Shown piece by piece: positions 28,890-38,521 of a stretch of DNA of 60,676 nucleotides. The stretch lies in IMG/VR virus record IMGVR_UViG_3300020056_000011; one strand, given 5' to 3'. The number at the start of each line of letters is the position of its first letter. The first letter of the stretch is position 1. Position numbers and translations under genes: made by a program. This stretch comes from an uncultured virus (IMG/VR IMGVR_UViG_3300020056_000011) (taxonomy: Duplodnaviria > Heunggongvirae > Uroviricota > Caudoviricetes). The notes below the pieces were generated by a model that was not told the DNA's origin, made no database searches, and saw nothing but the letters and a program-made list of their open reading frames with translations.

Positions 28890-30046
28890 AAGGGTACTTC
28901 CTCTTCATATGTTTCTTCAGTTTCAGTTTCATTGATTTCTTCTCCGCCATAAATTTTGGAAAATAGATCTACAAATGATGCTTTCGTATCATCATCAAAA
29001 CGATTTGTACAAAGTTCAACAGCCTTCAAAACATTTCCAAAGATAGAGAATGTTTCTACAATGTGAACCAAACGCCGAGTCGAAATGATTTCATCAATCC
29101 CACCCTCTTCAAAGGTTTTACGAATGGCAGATGCCCAAACCGTAAGATTTTCAATCACCGACACATCTTCATCAGTAACAGAACCTTTGCAAGATTGCAG
29201 ATGGTTGCTGAGAATTTTTTTCTCAACTGATTGATTGGGATATTCTTGTTCAAATGTAATTTTGAAACGCTCAAGAAACGCCTCGTTCATTACATTAGTA
29301 CCAATGAAACGTCCATCATCAGAACCTTTACCTTTTGTGTTTGCTGTAGCAATCACAGTAAAGCCGGGAGCTGGTTTTACAAACCGATTATCTTTTTTGA
29401 GGTAAACACCTTTACCATCAATAATGGATTGCAAACACATAATTTTATTTGATGCAAGGTCAACTTCATCAAGAATAAGAACTGCGCCACGTTCCATTGC
29501 GTCAATTACAGGGCCCTGAGAAAACAGAACATTACCATCAACAAGAGTTTTGTCGCCAAGAAGGTCAGATTCATCAGTTTCGATTGTAATAGGAACCGTG
29601 ATACATTCACGATTTAGTTGGGCACAAAGTTGTTGTGTTCCATAAGTTTTACCGTTACCAGACAAACCAGTAATGAAAACAGGATAAAACATTTTTGATT
29701 GAAGGATAGTTTTCAAATCATTGTAAAATCCAAATTTCACAAAGTTAGGATCTTTCTCTGGAACGAGAGAATCGATATGACGTTCAGGCAAAACTACTGT
29801 AGTAGGAACAGCAGTCACTGTTTGTGCAACTGGTTTCATCTGGACTACATTACCAGTGAGTTTCATTGCATATTTTGAAATATCATATTTACCATGTCCG
29901 GCTCGAAATTCTGGTTTCCACATCCATTGTGGACTTGCTTCACCAAAAGCGGAAGCCGCCGACTTGATTTCTTGTTTGGAAACAACAGAACCACTTTCTG
30001 CCATGAGTTTCGTAAGAAACTCAATTTTTTTCGTTTTATTCCACAT
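28886..30046 (-). CDS. MoxR/CobS-like AAA+ ATPase
   Basis: GLSGNGKT, ITIETDESDLLG, LILDEVD, ATANTKGKGSDDGRFIGTNVMNEAFLERF, ISTRRLVHI. Confidence 0.9.
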   Translation of the reverse strand: MWNKTKKIEFLTKLMAESGSVVSKQEIKSAASAFGEASPQWMWKPEFRAGHGKYDISKYAMKLTGNVVQMKPVAQTVTAVPTTVVLPERHIDSLVPEKDPNFVKFGFYNDLKTILQSKMFYPVFITGLSGNGKTYGTQQLCAQLNRECITVPITIETDESDLLGDKTLVDGNVLFSQGPVIDAMERGAVLILDEVDLASNKIMCLQSIIDGKGVYLKKDNRFVKPAPGFTVIATANTKGKGSDDGRFIGTNVMNEAFLERFKITFEQEYPNQSVEKKILSNHLQSCKGSVTDEDVSVIENLTVWASAIRKTFEEGGIDEIISTRRLVHIVETFSIFGNVLKAVELCTNRFDDDTKASFVDLFSKIYGGEEINETETEETYEEEVPF

Positions 30047-30095
30047 TATATATTCTCCACTTGGAAGGTTTCACGAATCATCAATTACATTATTA

Positions 30096-30124
30096 TGGTA
30101 TCAAATGATAGCCCTTTTGTCAAG
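30096..30124 (-). promoter_or_regulatory. Sigma70-type promoter upstream of the CobS-like gene, -35 inside a GCCCTT/AAGGGC inverted repeat
   Basis: TTGACA-N17-TACCAT; hairpin at 30111-30127. Confidence 0.55.
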
Positions 30125-30137
30125 GGCTTTTCATTTT

Positions 30138-32513
30138 TTACTTCACGATATCGACAAATTTATTTAACATTTGCCGACTGGTTTTCTTTGAACCTTGGAA
30201 TTTTGAAAACTGTTTGGCAATTTTTGCTTTTGTCATATTTTCATCAACTTCAAGTTCACTATCTTCATTTTGAGTACGCATATCAAGAATATAGTATTCA
30301 TCATACCCACAATCTTTTGCTGCATAAAACCCATTTTTGCGACACTCTGAACGAACTTTTGAAAGTTCGTTATTATACATATGGTATCCATCACGATCCC
30401 GAAATACATATGCCCGAATTGCGTTATTTAGATCATAAGTACGGTCTATAATGTAAAATCCAATCGATTTTGCACCATGAACTTCTTTCATTGTTTCGAC
30501 AAGAAACTCAGTAGGATTTTTTGCATTTTTATTTTTAGAACGATAACCTTGTTGATGAACGAAAGTCTTTTTTGAACGCTCATGATAAACCACAGAAGTT
30601 TTGGGATGATGCCGCCAGGTTGCTGCAACTGAACGATGCCAACCAGAATTTTCATCAACTATCTCAATTGTATCGCCGGCAGCACCATCACTCAAAACAA
30701 CAAAGTTCATTTTTTCTACAGAATGTTTCCGTTTGAATTCATGAACAACTTTGTCAAGAATCATCAAACTTTGATTTAGAGGAGTTCCACCAAGCTGAAG
30801 ATCGACATTATGAGGCAATTTGTTAGAACGCATCAATCCATAACAATTGTTCAATCCCCAAGCCAAAAACAGATAGTTGTTACATGCCCTGATAAATTCT
30901 GATTTTTTCATTGAACTGCTGAGAACATGATGAAGTTTAACATTATTATAGATAAATGTCCGATTGTTATAAACACCGTTCTTTTTATCGGCAAACAACT
31001 TTTTACCATCATCATAATCTCGGTTTTGATCAGAGAAATTGTAAACATCAAAAGGAATTCCAACACGTTTACAAAATGTGGCAAGGACAACAGTTTGAAC
31101 AACGGTCTTATATAACATAGAGTGCATAGAACCCGACCAATCGACCATCATTACCATGCCATGATTTTTGCCTTCTGGAGTAATCGATTTACGTTTGAAG
31201 ATATCATCATTTAGTTTGTAACTCCAAATTTTGCTGGTATTCAGATTTCCAGATTTTGTTTCATAACTCGCTGCATATTCTTGTGCAGATTTTTTCATTT
31301 CAAATTCTTTTACAAGATAGTTTATAGTAGCGTTGTTATCACTCAATACTTTTTTGTAAAGAGAAATCTTGTCTACATTATTTTTTGCAAAACTAGTCCA
31401 ATCTGAGTTATTGTAAAAATAAGTTTTGGCCGCATCGATTGCATCATGAATCATATCATGACTTATCACATGATCTTTCAGATTTAAATCAGATAATGTG
31501 TAATATTCAATATTATCTGCCATACGATCAATCATTTGTGACATATTTTCTGACATTGAATTGTCAGTTTTAGAGGAAAATTCATCAGGGTCAGAGAAAC
31601 CACTTCCACCACCCAATGATGCAACATCATTTGCATTTTGTTCTTCTTCAGCTGATGTATAAGATTTTCCATTTTCTCCATCAGATTCGTCATCAGAAGA
31701 ATTAGAAGAACTACCAGATTCTTGTGAATTTTGTTCATCTTCACCTGTATCATCAGAAGAACCGCCATCACCAGAACCATCCGTTTGATTTTCTTCTTCA
31801 TTTTCAGTTTCAGTTTGAGAAGATGAAGAAGAGTGTGAATTGTCATCTTTTAGTTCTGACATTTCTGAATTTTGAGATTGTTCACCAGAACCTTCACCAC
31901 CACTTTGTTGGGAATTCTGTTCTTGACGATTTTGAACTTTATCTTTGATGAAGTTGTAAATCTCTTCTGCAACAGCTGCAACTTCTTCGAAAGTTTCTGT
32001 TTTTCCAACTTTCTTCACAAGAGGTTTTTCTTCTTCTGAAAATATCATGTTAAACTCAAAATCATTCATTGAAGATTTGTAAAACAGATTGATACGGTCA
32101 ATGAAAGAAAAGGTAGAAATTTCTTTATTATTTGTCCCAAAGAAATCTCGCTCATTTAACTCTTGATATCCTTTGTAGAAAGGAGCCCGCAAGCCAGGGA
32201 ATTTTATTTTCATCATTTTCTCAATACGAGCATCTTCGACTACGTTTACAAAGTCTTTGTTGGAACGGTCGATTGCTTCTTGGAGAACTTCTGTATCCGC
32301 TGGAGTATATAAAGCATGTCCAACTTCATGACCCATAAACAAGTCATAAAGGTTATCGGACATATCTTTCCAAATTGGTACAACTAATAGACGTTTTTCA
32401 ACGTCAAAAAACGCGGTTTCAACTTTACGATGTTGAACCGTAAGGTCTTCTTCTGCCATCAGTTTGGCTAGGAGACTTTTGGAGTTCTTTGTAAATAGAA
32501 CATTTGACATCAC
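30138..32513 (-). CDS. CobT-like protein: N-terminal HExxH metallopeptidase-like domain, acidic linker, VWA domain
   Basis: GHEVGHALYT, NVVEDARIEK, Ser/Gly/Glu linker, MIDAS DWSGSM, GGTPLN, LSDG. Confidence 0.85.
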   Translation of the reverse strand: MMSNVLFTKNSKSLLAKLMAEEDLTVQHRKVETAFFDVEKRLLVVPIWKDMSDNLYDLFMGHEVGHALYTPADTEVLQEAIDRSNKDFVNVVEDARIEKMMKIKFPGLRAPFYKGYQELNERDFFGTNNKEISTFSFIDRINLFYKSSMNDFEFNMIFSEEEKPLVKKVGKTETFEEVAAVAEEIYNFIKDKVQNRQEQNSQQSGGEGSGEQSQNSEMSELKDDNSHSSSSSQTETENEEENQTDGSGDGGSSDDTGEDEQNSQESGSSSNSSDDESDGENGKSYTSAEEEQNANDVASLGGGSGFSDPDEFSSKTDNSMSENMSQMIDRMADNIEYYTLSDLNLKDHVISHDMIHDAIDAAKTYFYNNSDWTSFAKNNVDKISLYKKVLSDNNATINYLVKEFEMKKSAQEYAASYETKSGNLNTSKIWSYKLNDDIFKRKSITPEGKNHGMVMMVDWSGSMHSMLYKTVVQTVVLATFCKRVGIPFDVYNFSDQNRDYDDGKKLFADKKNGVYNNRTFIYNNVKLHHVLSSSMKKSEFIRACNNYLFLAWGLNNCYGLMRSNKLPHNVDLQLGGTPLNQSLMILDKVVHEFKRKHSVEKMNFVVLSDGAAGDTIEIVDENSGWHRSVAATWRHHPKTSVVYHERSKKTFVHQQGYRSKNKNAKNPTEFLVETMKEVHGAKSIGFYIIDRTYDLNNAIRAYVFRDRDGYHMYNNELSKVRSECRKNGFYAAKDCGYDEYYILDMRTQNEDSELEVDENMTKAKIAKQFSKFQGSKKTSRQMLNKFVDIVK

Positions 32514-32547
32514 ATATTTCCTTCATAGGAATCATCACTTATATTTA

Positions 32548-32576
32548 CATGCTACAGGAACGAATCAGTTTTGTCA
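32548..32576 (-). promoter_or_regulatory. Sigma70-type promoter upstream of the CobT-like gene
   Basis: TTGACA-N17-TAGCAT. Confidence 0.6.
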
Positions 32577-32585
32577 AGGGCCTTT

Positions 32586-33284
32586 TTATTTTTTTATGGC
32601 AATTGCTCCAACAAACATATGATTTCTCCAGAAAGGTTGGACATCTTCAAAACCTGCGTCCCACATCATTTCATTTATTTCTTGCCAAGTGTTTGGTTTC
32701 AACATGTTTCTAAGAGTTCTTTCTTTATTCATAATATCTTCTGTATCAAAAGATTTTCTTTTGAAATCATAATAATTAAATGTGAGCATGTCTTGAAAAT
32801 TTGCATTTTGACAAATAGTTTTTTCTGCAAAAATAAAACCGCCACCTTCATTCAATCCATCATGAATTCTTTGAATAGTAAATCGCCGATCAATTTTTGA
32901 CATAAACTGCAAAGTAAATATTGAAGTAATTAAAGAGGCATTTTCAAATTCAGTGTCTCTTACATCTTCATGTCTAAAATCAACACGGACCCAAGGGTGT
33001 ATTGATCTGATATGCTCCTGTCTTTTTATCATATCATCATAAAATCCATTTGCAACTTCAATACCAATATAATTTGCATCATAACAAAAATCCTGATTTG
33101 CCTCCAACATTCGTTGAGTCAGTTTACCAGTTGAACATCCAATATCATAAACATTAGTACCATCTTCCACAAAGTATCTTGATAGAGAAATTACATCATC
33201 CAACAAATCTCCATAACCTCTAATACTTTTATCAATATGTTCATCAAAACCTTCTTCGCGGTGTGCAAATGTGAAATCAGCCAT
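32586..33284 (-). CDS. CmoA-like SAM-dependent enzyme (carboxy-SAM synthase candidate)
   Basis: DFTF...FDEHIDKSIRGY...VYDIGCSTG...IFTLQFM...GGFIFAEK...KERTLRNML parallels CmoA motifs. Confidence 0.75.
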   Translation of the reverse strand: MADFTFAHREEGFDEHIDKSIRGYGDLLDDVISLSRYFVEDGTNVYDIGCSTGKLTQRMLEANQDFCYDANYIGIEVANGFYDDMIKRQEHIRSIHPWVRVDFRHEDVRDTEFENASLITSIFTLQFMSKIDRRFTIQRIHDGLNEGGGFIFAEKTICQNANFQDMLTFNYYDFKRKSFDTEDIMNKERTLRNMLKPNTWQEINEMMWDAGFEDVQPFWRNHMFVGAIAIKK

Positions 33285-34473
33285 TATATTTCTCCAAAAC
33301 ATTTTTATATACAGATTCTGCAATTCTTTTCATCATCAGTGGCGGAACCATCCTTCCAATTCTTTCTGCTTTTTGATTCCATTTTCCAGTAAGTTTAAAG
33401 TCATCTGGAAGTGACATAATGCGCTTCAGCTCGCCGAGGGTCAACTTTCTAGGTTCTGCCCAGTGGAATGCACCAGCAGTAGTATCAGCACTCCCCATAG
33501 CGGTTAAGGTCGGTGCTGGAGCATACTGTGATACTCTTTTCAAGTTAAAGTGGTGTCCTTTCGGGTGATAATCGCCTCCTGTTAGAACTTTATCTGGATC
33601 AACGGGCATTATACTACCAGTTTGTTTCCAATATGCAGTATTAGAAAACTTTTCAGTAAGATAAGAAATTTCTTCATCATCATATTCTAAACCAATCAAA
33701 GCATCTTTCAGAGGAATTGTTTTCAAATCTGGAGTTGGAAAAACATTTTGAATTGTCATAAAGTTCAAGCCAACTTGATCGGCAATGTCCTGTCTTACTC
33801 CAATAAAAATACATCTGGTTCGAGTCTGCGAAACTCCAAAATATCTACTATCCAAAACTTGATACGAAATATTATATCCAATTTCCTCGAATCTATTGAG
33901 TATTTGATTAAGATAGTTTTTTGCTTCTCCAACAGTCAATCCCTTAACATTTTCTGCAATGATTACTTTTGGTTTTATTTCATCAGCAATTCTCAGAAAA
34001 TCAAAAAACAAATCTTCAATATTTTCAACTATCTTTCCATCAGAATACTTTTTAGTTTGACCCCATCCATCAGAATGTTTACCACTTTCTTTGCGTGTCA
34101 TAACATTACCATCAAAATCTAAGTATTCAGTTTCAATACTATTATGAGATAGTTTGCCTGCCACAGAAAACGCAGAACATGGCGGAGAACCATCCAGAAT
34201 ATCTATCTCCCCAACTTTTACTCCAGCTGCATCCAAGAAATGTTGCCCAGTCAATTCTTTAATATCGCCAGGCAGAATAGGTGTCTCTGGATAGTTTTCT
34301 TTATAGGTATTACATGCCTCTTCTACAAACTCATTTACTGCAAGAACCTTACCACCAGCAAGACGATAGCCAGTGGAAGATCCACCACCACCGGCAAAAG
34401 TTGAAATCACTTTAAATTTGTTCTGTTCAGATGCATCATAAACATCTTGTAAATTATATGGTGTATAACTCAT
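33277..34473 (-). CDS. C5 cytosine DNA methyltransferase-family enzyme, probable carboxymethyltransferase
   Basis: Motif I FAGGGG, IV GSPPCSAFS, VI ENVKG, VIII QTRTR; motif X reads IGRMVPP instead of GN(A/S)V. Confidence 0.88.
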   Translation of the reverse strand: MSYTPYNLQDVYDASEQNKFKVISTFAGGGGSSTGYRLAGGKVLAVNEFVEEACNTYKENYPETPILPGDIKELTGQHFLDAAGVKVGEIDILDGSPPCSAFSVAGKLSHNSIETEYLDFDGNVMTRKESGKHSDGWGQTKKYSDGKIVENIEDLFFDFLRIADEIKPKVIIAENVKGLTVGEAKNYLNQILNRFEEIGYNISYQVLDSRYFGVSQTRTRCIFIGVRQDIADQVGLNFMTIQNVFPTPDLKTIPLKDALIGLEYDDEEISYLTEKFSNTAYWKQTGSIMPVDPDKVLTGGDYHPKGHHFNLKRVSQYAPAPTLTAMGSADTTAGAFHWAEPRKLTLGELKRIMSLPDDFKLTGKWNQKAERIGRMVPPLMMKRIAESVYKNVLEKYNG

Positions 34474-35330
34474 ATATTATACCTTCTCAAACTATTCGGA
34501 TTTTTATACCAATCTTTACAAACATCCATTATTCTTTTTCTATTATTGAAATTAATTGTCGAGTCTTTCAAAAAAGTTTCAAACAATTTATCTATACCAG
34601 AACCGAGGTGTAAATTTATATGTGGCTTTATATTACCATACTTTTTTAGTATTGTAAAGTCTTTTCTTATAATTTCTTTTTGTCTGGGTGTATTTAACTC
34701 TGTCCAACTCTTATTCATCAATTCTTTTCTAATATCTTTACTATCTTTATATGGTGCTATGTGTATCTTATCATGTTTTTCCGCAAGGGTTGTGTGTTCT
34801 TTGTAACCAGCACAGTCTCCATCAAGATATTCAAGTCTGAATTCGTTCCAGTTCAATCTTTTTTGATTGTGTTCTTTACAATATTTAACATAGTTTTTTT
34901 TATTTCTATAACTAGAATATCGCATCATAGCTTTTTTACTTGGTCCAAAGTATCCATCCGCCCCCCAACCAGTAAGAACATACTTTTCTTTTATTTTTGG
35001 ATAAACATATAGGAAAGGAAATACACACTCAAAATGAGTTTTCTTTCTACAACCCAAATCAACTAATCTAAACCAATCTTCATTAAGATTTGTAGTAGGA
35101 ACAACTACTGGAGTAAAATTCCAACCTCTTTGTGATGCAATATTAGCAGCCATTGCAAAGTCATATGAAGGAACACCTTCAAGATAAAAACTATATGCGT
35201 TTACTTTCTTCCCAACTAGTTCAGCAGAAATACCAACAGATATAGAATCAAGACCACCACTTAATAGTAAACTAACTTCTTCATCTAACACATTATCTTT
35301 AATATGTTTTTCAAGATACTTTTTTATCAT
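34470..35330 (-). CDS. Asparagine-synthetase-like ATP-dependent amide ligase (PP-loop)
   Basis: LLLSGGLDS PP-loop, VLTGWGADGYFG; no glutaminase domain; start MIKKY at 35330. Confidence 0.8.
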   Translation of the reverse strand: MIKKYLEKHIKDNVLDEEVSLLLSGGLDSISVGISAELVGKKVNAYSFYLEGVPSYDFAMAANIASQRGWNFTPVVVPTTNLNEDWFRLVDLGCRKKTHFECVFPFLYVYPKIKEKYVLTGWGADGYFGPSKKAMMRYSSYRNKKNYVKYCKEHNQKRLNWNEFRLEYLDGDCAGYKEHTTLAEKHDKIHIAPYKDSKDIRKELMNKSWTELNTPRQKEIIRKDFTILKKYGNIKPHINLHLGSGIDKLFETFLKDSTINFNNRKRIMDVCKDWYKNPNSLRRYNI

Positions 35331-36720
35331 TTTTAATTTCGTTAGGTTCTGAATATGGTAAATCTTCAAAAATAAGAATAGGTCTAATATCTTCAGCAAA
35401 CTTTGAAAACAAAATTTGTAAATCATGTTCAATATTAGTTTTTCTTGTTGGTTTTAAAACCACATTACCTTCTTCATCTTTTTTAGTTTTTATCTTATTC
35501 CAATCTAAAAACGCTGTGTCTGATTCATTTAACCAGAATATTTTCCAATAATCTTTTTTAAATGCTTCCTCATTCTTTACAATATTCATTAGTGCGTCAA
35601 AACCTACCCATCTATTTGACCACCAAGCTGTGGATAAAATAAAAACAAAAGTATTCTCGTCTGTATGTCTTTCAATCATCTGAGACTTTTCTTTTTCAGT
35701 CCAGCTTTTTTTAATATGATTGGGTGGTATTGCATTTTTTGCTTTACTATCATTTAGTGTATTTCGTAAAGTTTTTCTAATAGTTGCTTCCCATTCAGTT
35801 TTAGTAAATCCCCAACGCATGAATTTATCTTTTACACTTTGGTCTTTATGGTCTTCAATATTATTATTTCTAATAAAAGAAACGGCATTTGATATAGCCT
35901 CTGATAAACTTACAGAATCATTTACCTTATCATCTCTTTTGTTATCTGTATGTCCTAAATCTTTAATTTCAGTTTCGTCTAAATTAATCCAATCTTTTTT
36001 CGGTATAAAGACAGCATCTAATTCACCAACAAAATCTGTTTTCATACAAGCTTTTAGTGTGTGAAAACTACCTATCCTAAGATGTTTATCTTTACCATAG
36101 AAATCTTTAAGAATTAAAACGTAATGAAAATTTCCATCCAACCATCTACCTTTTGTATCTAGTATATGATTAAGAATAGATTGCACCTTATTAGGTATTT
36201 CCATTACTTCTCTTACTTGGTGTGGTTGTATAGCATAGAGTTTATGTTTATCTACTTTTTGAATTGGATATACATTTTTTTCTAAGTTATAAACAATATT
36301 ATCTAATGCAGTAATTGATTTTTGACCTTTAGTTAATGCACCACCACCATTGCTCTCATTGAAGAACTTTTCATTAGACTTTGCATCGATAGCCTTCAGT
36401 ATTTTACCCTCCCTCACATTCATATCTCTTGGAGTTCCAACATTAAAACATAAAGTTAAACTAGGATACTTTCGCATATCTGACCAGAACTTTTTTGAAT
36501 GTTTAACTGGCGAACCATAGTATGTACCATTAAACTCACCTTTATGCCACCCAAAATATCTATCCATTGTCTCTCCAGAATTTATGAAAGTGCAATATAG
36601 GTGAGCACCATAAATGTCTGGTAATTCAATAAGTGATATGTGGTCAGAGTCCACCCTAAGTTTTTGTAAATCTTGAAAACTACTATTTGTGATAATATTA
36701 ATTATTTCATCTTCATTCAT
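35311..36720 (-). CDS. Hypothetical protein with Seg/GIY-YIG-like N-terminal region and possible ParB-like region
   Basis: HLYC..RYFGWHKG..YYGS..REGKILKAIDAKSNEKFFNESNGG; later HLRIGSFHTLKA; AGAGGA RBS before MNEDE. Confidence 0.5.
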   Translation of the reverse strand: MNEDEIINIITNSSFQDLQKLRVDSDHISLIELPDIYGAHLYCTFINSGETMDRYFGWHKGEFNGTYYGSPVKHSKKFWSDMRKYPSLTLCFNVGTPRDMNVREGKILKAIDAKSNEKFFNESNGGGALTKGQKSITALDNIVYNLEKNVYPIQKVDKHKLYAIQPHQVREVMEIPNKVQSILNHILDTKGRWLDGNFHYVLILKDFYGKDKHLRIGSFHTLKACMKTDFVGELDAVFIPKKDWINLDETEIKDLGHTDNKRDDKVNDSVSLSEAISNAVSFIRNNNIEDHKDQSVKDKFMRWGFTKTEWEATIRKTLRNTLNDSKAKNAIPPNHIKKSWTEKEKSQMIERHTDENTFVFILSTAWWSNRWVGFDALMNIVKNEEAFKKDYWKIFWLNESDTAFLDWNKIKTKKDEEGNVVLKPTRKTNIEHDLQILFSKFAEDIRPILIFEDLPYSEPNEIKNDKKVS

Positions 36721-36762
36721 GTGAAAAAATCCTCTAATGTAGTTTGAGTGACGTATTATCTC

Positions 36763-36792
36763 AGTATATACCATTACTGCATGGTTCGTCAA
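36763..36792 (-). promoter_or_regulatory. Sigma70-type promoter heading the modification cassette
   Basis: TTGACG-N18-TATACT with upstream A tract. Confidence 0.55.
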
Positions 36793-36802
36793 TAGTTTTT
36801 TT

Positions 36803-38521
36803 TCAATTTTTTTCAATTTGGCTAAAGTTTTTTACTTTTTCAAATTTAATCACACTGTGAAACTTATCATATAGAATATCTCCTTTATGTGAAATCACAA
36901 AGACATTGTTGCCGCCTAATGTGTTCAACAACTTCAAAAACTCGTCTGTACCAGTCGCATCCAAAGAACTATCAAACACCTCATCAAGAATCAGAAGATT
37001 TGTGTTGACACTGTTCTTCATTCGAGCAATCTCTCTCCAAGTAAACAAGAGAGCAAGGTCAATTCTCATCTTCTCTCCTTCACTAAAAGAACTATATGTA
37101 AATCCTTCTCTGCCTCTGGATTTAATATTCTCATTAAACTTTTCATCCATTGTGAAGTTAATATAGAAATCCATTTCTTGTAGATACTTATTTACTAACT
37201 TGTTCATTATTGGCAAATAGTATTTTATAATAGAAGTTTTTACACCAGTGTCCTTCAAAAACTGTGATGCAACCACATGATAGTTTTTTGTTTCGGAAAG
37301 AGTTTTGCGTTCATTGTCCAACTCTTTGGAAATCTTTTTAAACTCTTTTAATTCCTTTTCTAATTTAGAAACGCTTGTATTATTATTTTCCGCATCTTCT
37401 ATTTCAGCCTCAAGTTCATCAATATTTTTTTGTAGATATTGATGTTTATCATTATTAGAACTAACTACATTATTAAGATTTGTGATAGATGTTTTGGTTT
37501 CTTCAATATAATGTAATTCAGAATCAATCTCAATCAATTCATCAGACAAAGATTGAACAGCTGTCAAAACTTCTTCCTTTTTCTTATCCTTCTCTTCCAC
37601 AATACAATTCTTATGATCTTCATTAATATCTTGTTGGCATGATGGACAAACATCATTGCCTTCAAACCATGAGATGTCGTTTTGTATTTTTTCTGCATTA
37701 TTTGAGAGTTTAGTTTCTAGACGTTCAAGTTTTTTCTTTCTATCAGATATTTTACTTTCATGTATAATCTTTTCCAATAAATTTGATATTTGTTCATGCA
37801 ATTCTGTATTTTTGTCAATACACTGTTTCTGTTCAGCCTTCTTTTCTTTTATCTTTTTCTTAAAAGTATTAATCGCAGTTTTCTTTGTCGTCTTTGCATC
37901 TTCAATATTTCTTTCTTGAAGTTCAATCTTATAATCTTGGACTTCACGGTTTTTTTCATTTTCTGTCATTGTTTCTTTCAATGCAGCCATTTTTGCTTTT
38001 AGAATTTCATTCATTGCAGAAAAGATTTTTATATCCAAAATATCTTCAATAATTTCTCTTCTATCGATTGCAGAAAGTTGCATGAAAGGAACAAAAGTAG
38101 CACTACCCAAAATAACAGTTTGAGTAAATGACTTATAATTCAGTTTGAGAATGTTTTCTTCCAAATAAATCTGGCTATCACGAATTTTTGAATCTTGGTC
38201 TAACATTTTACCATTTACCCATATTTCAAAAATATTGGGTTTGATACCGCGGCGCACCAAGTAATCATTCTTACCAATTTTAAAGGTAATCTCAATCAAA
38301 GCATCTTTATTGTTTATAGAGTTTATAAGCTGTGGTTTATTAATTTTTCTAAAAGATTTTCCAAACAAACCAAATGTCAATGCATCCAAAATGGTAGATT
38401 TTCCTGCTCCATTCTCACCAACAATAAGAGTAGAAGATGAACGGTTTAGTTGCACTTCTGTAAAATAATTACCAGTGGAAAGAAAGTTCTTCCATTTAAT
38501 AGTTTTAAACTCAATCATCAA
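36803..38521 (-). CDS. gp46: Recombination endonuclease subunit, SbcC/Rad50-like (gp46)
   Basis: GENGAGKST, CPSCQQ zinc hook, FSEGEKMRIDLA, LILDEVFDSSLD. Confidence 0.96.
   Translation of the reverse strand: MMIEFKTIKWKNFLSTGNYFTEVQLNRSSSTLIVGENGAGKSTILDALTFGLFGKSFRKINKPQLINSINNKDALIEITFKIGKNDYLVRRGIKPNIFEIWVNGKMLDQDSKIRDSQIYLEENILKLNYKSFTQTVILGSATFVPFMQLSAIDRREIIEDILDIKIFSAMNEILKAKMAALKETMTENEKNREVQDYKIELQERNIEDAKTTKKTAINTFKKKIKEKKAEQKQCIDKNTELHEQISNLLEKIIHESKISDRKKKLERLETKLSNNAEKIQNDISWFEGNDVCPSCQQDINEDHKNCIVEEKDKKKEEVLTAVQSLSDELIEIDSELHYIEETKTSITNLNNVVSSNNDKHQYLQKNIDELEAEIEDAENNNTSVSKLEKELKEFKKISKELDNERKTLSETKNYHVVASQFLKDTGVKTSIIKYYLPIMNKLVNKYLQEMDFYINFTMDEKFNENIKSRGREGFTYSSFSEGEKMRIDLALLFTWREIARMKNSVNTNLLILDEVFDSSLDATGTDEFLKLLNTLGGNNVFVISHKGDILYDKFHSVIKFEKVKNFSQIEKN

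Noticed and set aside
28886..32513. Cobaltochelatase CobST as a B12-synthesis auxiliary gene set supporting NrdJ
   Set aside because: No CobN or other cob genes; this MoxR/VWA pair also occurs in T4-likes with class I RNR, so a B12 role is unsupported
32586..33284. tRNA cmo5U modification role for the CmoA-like gene
   Set aside because: No CmoB or tRNA genes in the window; it overlaps a DNA C5 transferase gene, which favours DNA modification
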